NCBI GenBank assembly: GCA_965215125.1
Contig: OZ244052.1
Span: forward strand, 2,080,001-2,144,000
DNA length: 64,000 bases
From: an uncultured candidatus Porisulfidus sp.
Lineage (GTDB): Bacteria; Pseudomonadota; Gammaproteobacteria; Poriferisulfidales; Oxydemutatoraceae
Direction of reading: 5' to 3'
The translations under genes were made by a program, and so were the position numbers. The notes beneath the pieces are model-generated. The model saw only the letters and a list, made by a program, of their open reading frames with translations, was not told the origin of the DNA and did not search any database. Shown here in pieces: positions 1 to 8,522 of the stretch; positions within the stretch are counted from its first letter, which is position 1, and each line of letters opens with the position of its first letter.

Positions 1-59
1 GTCCGCACAGCGCATTGGGTTATCAACCTCCGAGTGTATTTGCGGAGGCTATAGCATGA
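1..59 (+). CDS. 3' end of an IS3-family transposase (integrase core C-terminus), partial
   Basis: The frame from position 3 reads PHSALGYQPPSVFAEAIA* with TGA at 57-59. This matches the RPHSxLGYxxP C-terminal motif of IS3-family OrfB. Confidence 0.85.
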   Translation, partial: PHSALGYQPPSVFAEAIA

Positions 60-100
60 AAACTAACTTTGTAGATGGTAATAAAAATGGGGTAACGTCA
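1..100 (+). mobile_element. Right end of an IS3-family insertion sequence (IS407-group-like terminus)
   Basis: The transposase stop is followed by about 40 nt ending GGGGTAACGTCA, which has the terminal CA typical of IS3-family right inverted repeats. Confidence 0.75.
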
Positions 101-224
101 GTTCTATGATATCTGTCTTAGTTGCTACATTCTTTGAACTAGCAACATCGGCCACGGCCTCCTTTGCTTCGTCGTGCTTTAGTCCCAATTTAGTCAATGC
201 GTTGTATAGTGCGATTTCTGACAT
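63..224 (-). pseudogene. Truncated small coiled-coil protein (DUF1640/CCDC90-like), paralog of 22770-22982, interrupted by the IS end
   Basis: MSEIALYNALTKLGLKHDEAKEAVADVASSKNVATKTDIIEL aligns with MSEISLYNLFK...EAIADVASSKDVATKADITRL. Both share the AGGAGTAAA RBS. Similarity stops at about position 100, where the IS end begins. Confidence 0.7.
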
Positions 225-298
225 CTTCGTTTACTCCTATATTTATAGTGCCTGCTATTGTAGCCATTATAATTGAGAAATCGTAATCGTAAATAAAT

Positions 299-371
299 CC
301 CCCAGTGTATCTGCGGAGGCAATAGCATGAAAACTAACTTTGCAGGTAATCCTAAAAATGGGATAAAGTCA
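299..371 (+). mobile_element. Isolated IS3 right-end remnant (copy 2)
   Basis: Direct-repeat match to 30-100: agtgtatctgcggaggcaatagcatgaaaactaactttgcagg...aaaaatgggataaagtca. Confidence 0.75.
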
Positions 372-390
372 TCTGCACAAGTGCAGTGTT

Positions 391-529
391 GGTACATTCC
401 CTTCCTTTGGAGGGGTGGCCTATGCATTTTGCAATGCATGCGTTTAGCAGTCATGTTGAGGTTCTGAATAAAGTCACGCCGATTGACCTACCGGTTCAAT
501 CGGCGGTTCTATTCAGCCTGACGGGGTGG
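391..529. repeat. Palindromic MITE/REP-like element, near-identical to 8140-8277
   Basis: ggtacattcccttcctttggaggggtgg...gccgattgacctaccggttcaatcggcggttctattcagcctgacggggtgg, with nested hairpins. Confidence 0.85.
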
Positions 530-687
530 TTTCCTATTCAAGGGAGAGGAGTAATCGACCTAAACACACTATTTCCCAACATTTCATATCGTTTATCGGA
601 TATTTACTACTGTTCATCCGTTTGTCTAAAAACACCTCAAATATTCGCTCAAACTATGGGTTTTAACTAAAACTCATAGGAGATTTC

Positions 688-1680
688 ATGACAAAAGAAC
701 AACCTAAATATTTACCGCTGACAAAAGATATCGTCTTCAAACGATACTTTACCGGCAACAAGCGATTACTGCTCTCGCTCATTAAGAGCTTCCTACCTAT
801 TTCCGATAATGTCTCCGATGTCGTCGTCCTAAACCTCAAAACCTCTGCCGCCTCTAAAAAAGCAACCGAACAACAGCAGCAGAAATCAGGCGATAAACTA
901 TGGCTCAAAGACACCTCCATTCCACCAAACAAACCACACGGCAAGCAGGTCGTCCTCGACCTCAGCGTCAAATTAAGTGGCGGCGAAAATGTCAACATAG
1001 AAATGCAAGTCGCCTTCCAAGAAAACTTCCTACTGAGAATGTTCGCTTATTGGGCTATGCTGTTTATTCAAGACCTAGACCGTGGCGATGACTATGGAAA
1101 GCTCAACCCGACCTACTCGTTGGGATTTACCGAGTTCACGGTATTCAAAGGAAAGCACAATTTTATCAGTGGAATAGAATTTGTAGACCGCAACGAGATA
1201 GAATACCATTTTGATATCGGTGCAAAGATCGTCATAGTGGAATTGAATAGGTTCAATAAGAGCTACCGCAACCTTATTGATATGAAGGATAGGTGGTGCT
1301 ATATTATTAAGCACTCGGCGGAGTTGACACCCGAGCAAGTAGCGTATTTATCACAAGACGGAGAGACGAAAATGATACTAGAACATTTAGAGGAAATATC
1401 AAAAAACAAAGAATCACACTGGGAGACTATAGATCGCAAGAAGTATGAGATAGGGATTCAGTTGGAAAGGCGCGGTGCGTTAAAGAAAGGTTTGGCAAAA
1501 GGTCGGATCGAAGGCATGGAGGAAGGCCGAGTTCAGGGCATGGAGGAAGGCCGAGTTCAAGGCATGCACGAAATCGCCTTAAATATGTTGCAAAAGGGTC
1601 TGGAGGTTTCTCTAATTTCCGAAGTCACAGGTTTATCTGTCCCCGAAATTAAAAAGCTAAAGAATAGAACCACCGATTGA
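688..1680 (+). CDS. Rpn-family recombination-promoting nuclease / PD-(D/E)XK putative transposase
   Basis: N-terminal DIVFKRYF, LD...NIEMQ catalytic motif, and C-terminal EG repeats followed by IALNMLQKGLEVSLISEVTGLS. AGGAG RBS present. Confidence 0.9.
   Translation: MTKEQPKYLPLTKDIVFKRYFTGNKRLLLSLIKSFLPISDNVSDVVVLNLKTSAASKKATEQQQQKSGDKLWLKDTSIPPNKPHGKQVVLDLSVKLSGGENVNIEMQVAFQENFLLRMFAYWAMLFIQDLDRGDDYGKLNPTYSLGFTEFTVFKGKHNFISGIEFVDRNEIEYHFDIGAKIVIVELNRFNKSYRNLIDMKDRWCYIIKHSAELTPEQVAYLSQDGETKMILEHLEEISKNKESHWETIDRKKYEIGIQLERRGALKKGLAKGRIEGMEEGRVQGMEEGRVQGMHEIALNMLQKGLEVSLISEVTGLSVPEIKKLKNRTTD
1513..1566 (+). repeat. 24-bp coding tandem repeat (GMEEGRVQ, about 2.3 copies) in the Rpn C-terminus
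   Basis: ggcatggaggaaggccgagttca[g/a] occurs twice, followed by ggcatg. Confidence 0.9.
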
Positions 1681-1693
1681 GCGAGTAGGTCAA
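1662..1693 (-). repeat. Half-copy of the hairpin repeat module, overlapping the Rpn stop
   Basis: gaatagaaccaccgattgagcgagtaggtcaa is close to the reverse complement of ttgacctaccggttcaatcggcggttctattc (483-514). Confidence 0.75.
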
Positions 1694-1698
1694 CAGAT

Positions 1699-1899
1699 GT
1701 GACACCGGCGGAAGTTGTCAATATAACCACGGATACGATTACAACATTTAGGATTAGTGCCGAGCAGGGTGGAGAAGCGACGATCACATTCACCGCAACC
1801 GACAGCGGCGGGTTAAGCGATAGTGAGACTGTGTCGGTGAATGTCCTTGCGGCTATTAGGATACGCGCCAAAGTATTTTTAGAAGGTTCCATGCAGTAG
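1699..1899 (+). pseudogene. Orphan C-terminal fragment of an Ig/cadherin-like surface protein
   Basis: ...GEATITFTATDSGGLSDSETVSVNV is the end of an Ig-like beta-sandwich, followed by LAAIRIRAKVFLEGSMQ*. There is no signal peptide, and it begins just after a repeat junction. Confidence 0.6.
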
Positions 1900-1945
1900 C
1901 ATGAAAAATGACTTTGCAGGTAGTCCTAAAAATGGGGGAAGGTCA
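1897..1945 (+). mobile_element. Isolated IS3 right-end remnant (copy 3)
   Basis: tagcatgaaaaatgactttgcaggtagtcctaaaaatgggggaaggtca matches 52-100 and 323-371. Confidence 0.75.
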
Positions 1946-2461
1946 CTCGTGTAATCTCGGCATCAGTTCGACCAGATTGCAAGGACGGGTTCTGTAATCC
2001 AGTTGGTGGCAGATGATTTTGTCCCATGCCTCGGCGCATGCGCCGGGTGAACCGGGCAAGCAAAAAAGATAAGTTGCATTTGCCACACCCGCCAATGCCC
2101 GCGACTGCAAGGTTGAGGTCTTAATCGTCTGGTAGGATAAAGCTCTAAAAGTCTCGCCGAAACCTGCAATTTCTTTATCCAGCAATACCGAAATTGCCTC
2201 GGGGGTTCCGTCTCGTCCGGTCACCCCGGTGCCGCCGCTACTGATAACGACTTGCACTTGTGCATCGGCAATCCATTGTGAGACCTGGGCGCGGATTTGA
2301 TAGATATCGTCGCGCACGATTTGCTGGTCGTGAATCAGATGCCCGCCATCGGCAACCCGTTGTTTCAGCACTTGTCCCGAACGATCGTCGGCGGGCGTGC
2401 GGCTATCGGAAACGGTTAATAAGGCGATATTTAGCGGTATAAAATCTCGTTCTTTGTTCAT
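1943..2461 (-). CDS. moaB: Molybdenum cofactor biosynthesis protein B
   Basis: IALLTVSDSRT...DDRSG, GGTGVTGRDGTPEA, LPGSPGAC and RTRPCNLVELM motifs. Start moved to MNKERD. Confidence 0.95.
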   Translation of the reverse strand: MNKERDFIPLNIALLTVSDSRTPADDRSGQVLKQRVADGGHLIHDQQIVRDDIYQIRAQVSQWIADAQVQVVISSGGTGVTGRDGTPEAISVLLDKEIAGFGETFRALSYQTIKTSTLQSRALAGVANATYLFCLPGSPGACAEAWDKIICHQLDYRTRPCNLVELMPRLHE

Positions 2462-2510
2462 GGTTCCTTTATATTTGTGTATACTATTTATTGATTTAAT
2501 CGGAGGCACT

Positions 2511-3005
2511 ATGGCCGGCAACACTTCTAATGATATAAACAAACAATTTTACAAGCAAGTTGAAATTTCGGAACAACCTTTCGATGCTTTTGAAAAAATA
2601 AAAGCATATCAAAGGCAAGTGTCGGCCGAGAAATCCGGGGCTTTATCGCTGTTCGTAGGCACGATGCGTGATTTTAATCATAATGCCGAAGTGCAGAGCA
2701 TGTGGCTTGAACATTATCCGGAGATGACGCATAAATATATTACCGCGCAGTTGGATGAAGTTCATAACCGCTATCAAATCAACGATATTCGTATTGTGCA
2801 TCGCGTCGGTGCTGTATATCCGGGAGACACCATCGTGGTTGTTGCGGTTTGGGCGGCGCACCGTAGCGATGCGATTGCGGCAAATCACTATCTCGTCGAA
2901 CAGCTAAAATCCAAAGCACCTTTTTGGAAGAAAGAAAAGTTCAAAGATCAAAGCGCGCACTGGGTTGCCGTCAATACGCCGGGTGCGAATATACCCTCAT
3001 ACTAA
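2511..3005 (+). CDS. moaE: Molybdopterin synthase catalytic subunit
   Basis: FVGTMRD, LEHYPEMT, HRVG, AAHR and LKSKAPFWKKE motifs. GGAGG RBS before ATG 2511. Confidence 0.95.
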   Translation: MAGNTSNDINKQFYKQVEISEQPFDAFEKIKAYQRQVSAEKSGALSLFVGTMRDFNHNAEVQSMWLEHYPEMTHKYITAQLDEVHNRYQINDIRIVHRVGAVYPGDTIVVVAVWAAHRSDAIAANHYLVEQLKSKAPFWKKEKFKDQSAHWVAVNTPGANIPSY

Positions 3006-3017
3006 AGGAGATTAAAC

Positions 3018-3602
3018 ATGAAAAACCTCAAACGACTATTGATTATTTATTCGCTAATACTCTTTTGCTTGCCTGCCGATGCGGCGGACTGGCAATTAAA
3101 CCGCGAACGCTCGGCGATTAGTTATCTCTCTTCCAAGCAGGCAACTGTCGAGACACCGATGATGTTTGAAAGCAACCTTTTCCGTGAGTTTTCCGGGACC
3201 ATAGACGGTGCGCAAGTGGAACTCGTGGTGGAATTGGATAGTTTGGATACCAAGGTGCCGATTCGCGACGAGCGTGTTGCCGAACATGTGTTCTTGACCA
3301 AGCAGTATCCACAGGCGACCGTATCCGCCACCATAGACGGCATTGAGCAAATAAGTTATGAGCGCAAGCAGATAGCGGCAACACTCACGATGCGTGGTCA
3401 AAGCCACGGCGTGCAAGCCGAAGTCATCATTGAGCGTAGCGATCCTCGGACACTACGCATACAAACCACCACGCCGGTTTTGGTCAATGCCAACGCTTAC
3501 GGTATGCTCGACGGATTTGCAACACTCAAGCAACTAGTCGGGTTGATGCAAATCCCGATGACCATACCGGTGAGCTTACATCTGGTATTTGAAGCCAACT
3601 GA
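3018..3602 (+). CDS. YceI-family periplasmic lipid/polyisoprenoid-binding protein
   Basis: Signal peptide (ADA-A), WQLNRERSAISY, FREFSG, SLDTKVPIRDER and ATLTMRG motifs. Confidence 0.85.
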   Translation: MKNLKRLLIIYSLILFCLPADAADWQLNRERSAISYLSSKQATVETPMMFESNLFREFSGTIDGAQVELVVELDSLDTKVPIRDERVAEHVFLTKQYPQATVSATIDGIEQISYERKQIAATLTMRGQSHGVQAEVIIERSDPRTLRIQTTTPVLVNANAYGMLDGFATLKQLVGLMQIPMTIPVSLHLVFEAN

Positions 3603-3613
3603 GGCGGTAATAA

Positions 3614-4498
3614 ATGGGAGTAGCCGGCACTAAAAAAATTGCTAAAGCAACCATAGATTTATTTCCCTCTCAGGTTGCATACAACACATCGGATGCACCT
3701 CACTGTGTCTTTTTAGGGGATTGCCTAAATGTGTTAAGCAAATATATCTCTGCCGATAGTGTTGATTTGGTTTTTACTTCTCCGCCCTATGCAGACCAAC
3801 GAAAAAATAATTATGGAGGAATTGCCCCGACCGATTATGTGAATTGGTTTTTGCCGAGGGCAGAGGAAATTAAGCGAGTTTTAAGACCGTCCGGTTCTTT
3901 TGTTCTGAACATCAAGGAGAGGGTGGTAGACGGTGAAAGACATACTTATGTCTTGGATTTGATTATGGGTATGCGTGAACAGGGTTGGCAGTGGGTTGAG
4001 GAATATATTTGGCATAAAAAGAACTGTTATCCGGGAAAATGGCCGAATCGATTTAGAGACAGCTGGGAAAGACTCTTACATTTCACCCTGTCTAAAAACT
4101 TCAAAATGAGACAAGAAGCCGTTATGGTTCCTACCGGTGACTGGGCAGAGAACCGCCTAAAAAAGCTATCTCAAACCGACAAGGGTCGAGATTTGTCTAA
4201 GAATAAAAATGGATTCGGAAAAAAAGTATCCAATTGGGTTGGGAGAAAACAAGCCTATCCTACGAACGTTATTCATCTTGCTACGGAATGCAACTACAGA
4301 GGACATCCTGCCGCATTTCCCGTGTAGTTACCCTCATGGTTTATAAAGCTATTTACCGATGAAGGGGATATGGTTTTAGATCCTTTTGTCGGATCGGGCA
4401 CCACATCGCTTGCCGCCTTAAATCTAAATCGTTGTTCTATAGGCATTGATATTCATGAGGAATTTTGTTTACTGACCCGAGAGAGACTTTTGAAGTGA
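3614..4498 (+). pseudogene. Beta-class N4-cytosine/N6-adenine DNA methyltransferase with an in-frame TAG at 4325-4327
   Basis: GDCL, FTSPPY (motif IV), then [33 protein letters not shown]...IGIDI. The frame continues past the TAG to TGA 4496-4498. Confidence 0.85.
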
Positions 4499-4680
4499 CG
4501 AATCAAACGCTGTGGTGGGATATTGCCAAAGTAGAGATTGATGAAATTATGTTTGGTTTTTCCGAAGCATTAAAAATCAAGCTGATGGCACTTGGCGATA
4601 ATCCGATGTCTCTGTTGAGCAAAAAGAATCCGTTTTGCACGATTGCAACCACTTGCGCCATGATTATTTGCAAACCGCCT
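4495..4680 (+). pseudogene. Probable N-terminal remnant of the cognate type II restriction endonuclease
   Basis: The GTG start overlaps the MTase stop (GTGA). LLSKKNPF resembles the KNP(Y/F) motif of PmeII/EcoO109I-like enzymes. The frame runs into a repeat at about 4681. Confidence 0.4.
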
Positions 4681-4897
4681 GTAGGGGCAGACTAGCATGT
4701 CTGCCCTAAAGTGCCGTTCTGCACAGCCGTAACCGCTTGCGTCGTACGGTTTTGGTTTCCATAAATTGGGTGGATGAATGTATAAAATAGTGCAGATACT
4801 TCTGGGGCTGTTGAAAAAGTATTCCACGAACTGTATGGACGGTACATTCCCCTCCTTTAGGGGAATGATCCGCCCCTACCAGCTCAATCGGCAGTTT
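4681..4897. repeat. Mosaic MITE/REP-like repeat cluster
   Basis: Contains a GTAGGGGCAGAC-GTCTGCCCT palindrome, an ~82-bp TCTGCAC...GTGCAGA module, a GCTGTTGAAAAAGTAT end, ggtacattcccctcc and a ctcaatcggc half-hairpin. These are shared with the 8.1-8.5 kb and 24.6-24.9 kb clusters. Confidence 0.85.
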
Positions 4898-4899
4898 TA

Positions 4900-6162
4900 T
4901 CATATTAAAGCTTCAAAAGGAATCACGGTAACCGTATCGCCCGCCGCCACCCTTGAGGTGTCTTGTGCCAGCACGATAAAGCAGTTGGCTTTGCTTAGCG
5001 AACTCAATATGCCCGAGCCTTGAGCACCGGTCGTGCTTACTTGCAGATCGCCGTTGTCGCAAATACTAAGTATGCCTCGCTGATATTCGGTTCTGCCGGG
5101 TCGTTTGCGTAAATCGCCGAGCGTCGTCGCTTTTACTTCGAGGGGTTTGTGTTCGTTTTCTCCGCTCATTTTTTTTAGTGCCGGTTGCACAAAGATATAA
5201 AAAGTCGTCATTACCGATACCGGATTACCGGGTAAACCGAAATAGAGTTTTTCGCCTATGCTTCCGAAAGCGAGCGGACGCCCGGGCTTCATTGCGATTT
5301 TCCAAAAGTTTATTTTCCCTACCGCTTCGAACACCGATTTGGAATAATCGGCTTCGCCGACCGATACGCCGCCGCTGGTGATAACCACATCGTGATTTGA
5401 TGCAGCGGTCTCGAAGGCGGCTTTCAAAGATTCGGGTTGATCGCCGACAATACCCAAGTCGGTGACTTCCACATCAAGTCGTTTGAGCATCGCAAATAGC
5501 GTGTAGCGATTGCTGTCGTATATTTCGCCTTTCTCCAGTTGACTTCCGACCGTGCGCAATTCATCGCCGGTCGAGAAAAAGCAGACTCTGAGACGACGAT
5601 AGACTTTGAGTTGTGCGATGCCCAAAGATGCCGCCAAACCTATATCGGCGGCATTCAACTTTCTGCCTTGCTTCAAGACAATGTTGCCGACGGCAATATC
5701 TTCGCCGGCGCACCGTATATTTTGTGCCTTGCGGTGCAGATTGCCGTCGGTCACTATCGTATCACCGTCTTTAATCGTATGCTCTTGTATCACCACGGTA
5801 TCTGCGCCTTCGGGTATTACCGCGCCGGTCATAATGCGTATCGTCTCGCACCGCCCGAGCGATTTTCGCGAAAGGTGTCCAGCGAGCGCGGTATCTATGA
5901 CTTTGAACGAAGTGTTGCCGTCGTCTTTGAGGTCGGCAAAGCGTATCGCATAACCGTCCATTGCCGAGTTGTCGTGTCCGGGTACATCGATAGACGACTT
6001 CAAGTTTTCGGCAAGGATTCTATGCAGTGCATCTTTCAATGCGACTTGTTCGTAATCTTTTATCGGTATGGCACTTGCTTTGATCGTATGCAGTGCTACA
6101 TCTACGCTTAAACTTTCGGGGTCGTAGTCGTCGGCACAGCTGGGGGCGGTCTGGATAGTCAT
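4900..6162 (-). CDS. moeA: Molybdopterin molybdotransferase (gephyrin-like)
   Basis: DNSAMDGYA, RIMTGA, STGDEL, DSNRY, SGGVSVGEAD, KPGRP and GLPGNPVS motifs. Confidence 0.97.
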   Translation of the reverse strand: MTIQTAPSCADDYDPESLSVDVALHTIKASAIPIKDYEQVALKDALHRILAENLKSSIDVPGHDNSAMDGYAIRFADLKDDGNTSFKVIDTALAGHLSRKSLGRCETIRIMTGAVIPEGADTVVIQEHTIKDGDTIVTDGNLHRKAQNIRCAGEDIAVGNIVLKQGRKLNAADIGLAASLGIAQLKVYRRLRVCFFSTGDELRTVGSQLEKGEIYDSNRYTLFAMLKRLDVEVTDLGIVGDQPESLKAAFETAASNHDVVITSGGVSVGEADYSKSVFEAVGKINFWKIAMKPGRPLAFGSIGEKLYFGLPGNPVSVMTTFYIFVQPALKKMSGENEHKPLEVKATTLGDLRKRPGRTEYQRGILSICDNGDLQVSTTGAQGSGILSSLSKANCFIVLAQDTSRVAAGDTVTVIPFEALI

Positions 6163-6653
6163 CGTTTTTTAAGCATTACATAAGCCGCCCCGTCGCCACC
6201 GTCCTTGGGCATTGCGAACTCGTAGGCGAGTATTTCCGGGCTGGCAATCATATACGAGCAGATTGTGTTTTTAAGCACCGGTCCTCCTTGCGAGGACAAA
6301 CCTTTGCCGAAGATAACCAAAAAGTAGGGTATTCCCTCGCTTCGGCATTGCTTGATATGGTCATTCAATGCCTCAACCGCCGCTGTTCTAGTATAGCCGT
6401 GCAGATCCATACATGATTTTATTTTACCGAAATGGTTTCTAAAACGACGAAGGCTTGCACTATTGGTGCCGGTGTTTTTATATGATTTAGGCACCGGATC
6501 AATGGTGTCAAAAGGAATATTTTCTATATAATAAGCGTTTTGCACAGCTTGTCCTCGTTCTACGGTGGCGTGACTCGGTGTATCGCAAGCTGATTTGCTT
6601 TTAGAATTTTCGAATAATTCGCTGAAATTTAACTCTTTATCGGACATAGCCAT
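6159..6653 (-). CDS. Smr/MutS2-domain protein
   Basis: MDLHGYT, VIFGKGLSS...PVLK and DGGDGA motifs. Confidence 0.85.
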   Translation of the reverse strand: MAMSDKELNFSELFENSKSKSACDTPSHATVERGQAVQNAYYIENIPFDTIDPVPKSYKNTGTNSASLRRFRNHFGKIKSCMDLHGYTRTAAVEALNDHIKQCRSEGIPYFLVIFGKGLSSQGGPVLKNTICSYMIASPEILAYEFAMPKDGGDGAAYVMLKKR

Positions 6654-6684
6654 TCAGATTTTATAACAAGTTTAAGATATCACT

Positions 6685-7434
6685 ATGCATATTTTAATTA
6701 GCAACGACGACGGTTATTTGAGCCCCGGCACCAAATTACTCTTTGAAGCCTTAGCCGAATTCATGCAAGTGACCGCGGTGACACCGACCCGCAATCGTTC
6801 TGCGGCGAGCAACTCTTTGACCTTGGATCGCCCCTTGCGCGTTTATAACATAAGCGAAGACTACTATGCGGTGGACGGCACACCGACCGATTGCGTACAT
6901 CTCGCACTCACCGGATTACTCAAAGATGTTGCCCCCGATGTGGTGATATCGGGTATCAATCACGGACCCAATTTAGGCGACGATGTGCTGTATTCGGGAA
7001 CCGTCGCTGCGGCGATGGAGGGGCGTTTCCTGGGTTTGCCGGCGATTGCGATATCGGCGAACAACACACAACCCGAATATGTGAGCGATGCGGTTCGTAC
7101 TGCGTGCGACCTGGTTAAACGTCTATTAAAAGACCCCGTGCCTGCCAAAATACTCAATATCAATATACCCGATCTGCCTTACGAGCGGATCGAAGGCATT
7201 GAAATTACCCGCTTGGGCTCGCGCCACAAGGCGGAACCGGTGATAAAGACCAGCGATCCTAAAGGAAACCCTATTTACTGGGTGGGTTCCGCAGGCAGTG
7301 AACAAGATGCCGGGCCAGGAACCGATTTTCATGCCGTCAATCATAACCGTGTCTCCATAACACCCCTGGATGTAGATTTGACACACCATCAATTACTCGA
7401 CGAGATGCGCCGCTCGTGGAATCATACAAAATAA
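6685..7434 (+). CDS. surE: 5'/3'-nucleotidase SurE
   Basis: ILISNDDG, GTPTDCV and SGINHGPNLGDDVLYSGTV motifs. Confidence 0.97.
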   Translation: MHILISNDDGYLSPGTKLLFEALAEFMQVTAVTPTRNRSAASNSLTLDRPLRVYNISEDYYAVDGTPTDCVHLALTGLLKDVAPDVVISGINHGPNLGDDVLYSGTVAAAMEGRFLGLPAIAISANNTQPEYVSDAVRTACDLVKRLLKDPVPAKILNINIPDLPYERIEGIEITRLGSRHKAEPVIKTSDPKGNPIYWVGSAGSEQDAGPGTDFHAVNHNRVSITPLDVDLTHHQLLDEMRRSWNHTK

Positions 7435-7436
7435 CA

Positions 7437-8093
7437 ATGCACTCTATTTCTAAAGCACCCGTTAAAGCGTCCGACTATGCCAAACAGGAATTGATACGCA
7501 GTTTGCGCAACAAAGGCATAAGCGATGAGCGAGTATTGGCAGCGATACACAATGTGCCGCGCCACTTGTTTATCGGAAAGGAATACGCACATCTCGCATA
7601 CGAGGATCAATCGCTGCCTATAGGCCATCGGCAAACGATTTCTCAACCTTATGTCGTTGCCTATATGACGCAGACACTGATGGCACAAGATATAGATACG
7701 GTGTTGGAAATAGGCACCGGTTCCGGTTATCAAACTGCCGTTTTGGCACAACTCATTCCACGGGTATTCACGGTAGAGAGAATTTCAGCACTCACACGCC
7801 GCGCGCGTGCTTTATTGAAAAAGCTAGGCTACAAAAACATCCATTTTAGAACCAGCGACGGTGGTTCGGGGTGGAAGCAGTTCGCACCGTATCAAGCGAT
7901 TATCGTGACCGCAGCCGCAACCTCGGTACCGGAAAAACTATACCTGCAACTTGCTCCCAAAGGTCGGATGGTTATTCCCTTGGGTAGTGAAGGTAGCACG
8001 CAACAACTGACTTTGGTGACACCGACGATACGCGGCCCGAAATTAAAATCCTTGTTGGAGGTAAAATTCGTACCTTTGATACAAAAACAATAG
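7437..8093 (+). CDS. pcm: Protein-L-isoaspartate O-methyltransferase
   Basis: VPRHLF, QTISQPY, VLEIGTGSGYQ and APYQAIIVTAA motifs. Follows surE. Start position uncertain. Confidence 0.95.
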   Translation: MHSISKAPVKASDYAKQELIRSLRNKGISDERVLAAIHNVPRHLFIGKEYAHLAYEDQSLPIGHRQTISQPYVVAYMTQTLMAQDIDTVLEIGTGSGYQTAVLAQLIPRVFTVERISALTRRARALLKKLGYKNIHFRTSDGGSGWKQFAPYQAIIVTAAATSVPEKLYLQLAPKGRMVIPLGSEGSTQQLTLVTPTIRGPKLKSLLEVKFVPLIQKQ

Positions 8094-8139
8094 TCAAACC
8101 TATGAGTCCATATCAATGCATACAAAAAACTGTGGTGTC

Positions 8140-8277
8140 GGTCCATTCCCCTCCTGTGGAGGGGTTGCCTATGCATTTTGCAATGCATGCGTTTAGCAGT
8201 CATGTTGAGGTTCTGAACAAAGTCGCGCCGATTGACCTACTGGTTCAATCGGCGGTTCTATTCAGCCTGACGGGGTG
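8140..8277. repeat. Palindromic MITE/REP-like element (copy of 391-529)
   Basis: Near-identical direct copy of 391-529. Confidence 0.9.
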
Positions 8278-8288
8278 ATCGCAGAAGT

Positions 8289-8478
8289 GGGACTGTTGAA
8301 AAAGTATTTCATACAATGTAGGGGCGGGCGGACATGTAAGTCCGCCTCTACGGCATGTTCGCCCGTAACGCGTTATGCCTGCACGATTTATACATTCATT
8401 CATCCAATTTATGGAAACCAAAACCATACGGCGCAAGCGGTTGCAGTTGTGCAAAAACAATACTTTTTCAACAGTCCC
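8289..8478. mobile_element. 190-bp MITE with perfect 20-bp terminal inverted repeats
   Basis: gggactgttgaaaaagtatt ... aatactttttcaacagtccc. The interior holds a GTAGGGGCGG/ggcggac-gtccgcc palindrome and the atttatggaaaccaaaaccatacggcgcaagcggtt module. Confidence 0.85.
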
Positions 8479-8522
8479 GGCGTATCTGCACAAGTAGGGT
8501 GTCGGTCCAAAACGATAAACAA

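Noticed and set aside
688-1899. Rpn-Ig fusion by readthrough (the fragment is in frame with rpn)
   Set aside because: The junction is a repeat remnant and Rpn already has its normal C-terminus, so the shared frame is probably chance (1 in 3).
30-1945. Three ~50-70 bp direct repeats as a CRISPR array or integron attC sites
   Set aside because: Spacing is irregular (about 270 and 1570 bp), no cas or integrase gene is present, and the first copy is continuous with an IS3 transposase C-terminus.
4325-4327. TAG recoding (alternative genetic code or pyrrolysine)
   Set aside because: TAG ends conserved genes normally in this window (pcm, rapZ, thrC, mgtE), so a nonsense mutation or sequencing error is simpler.
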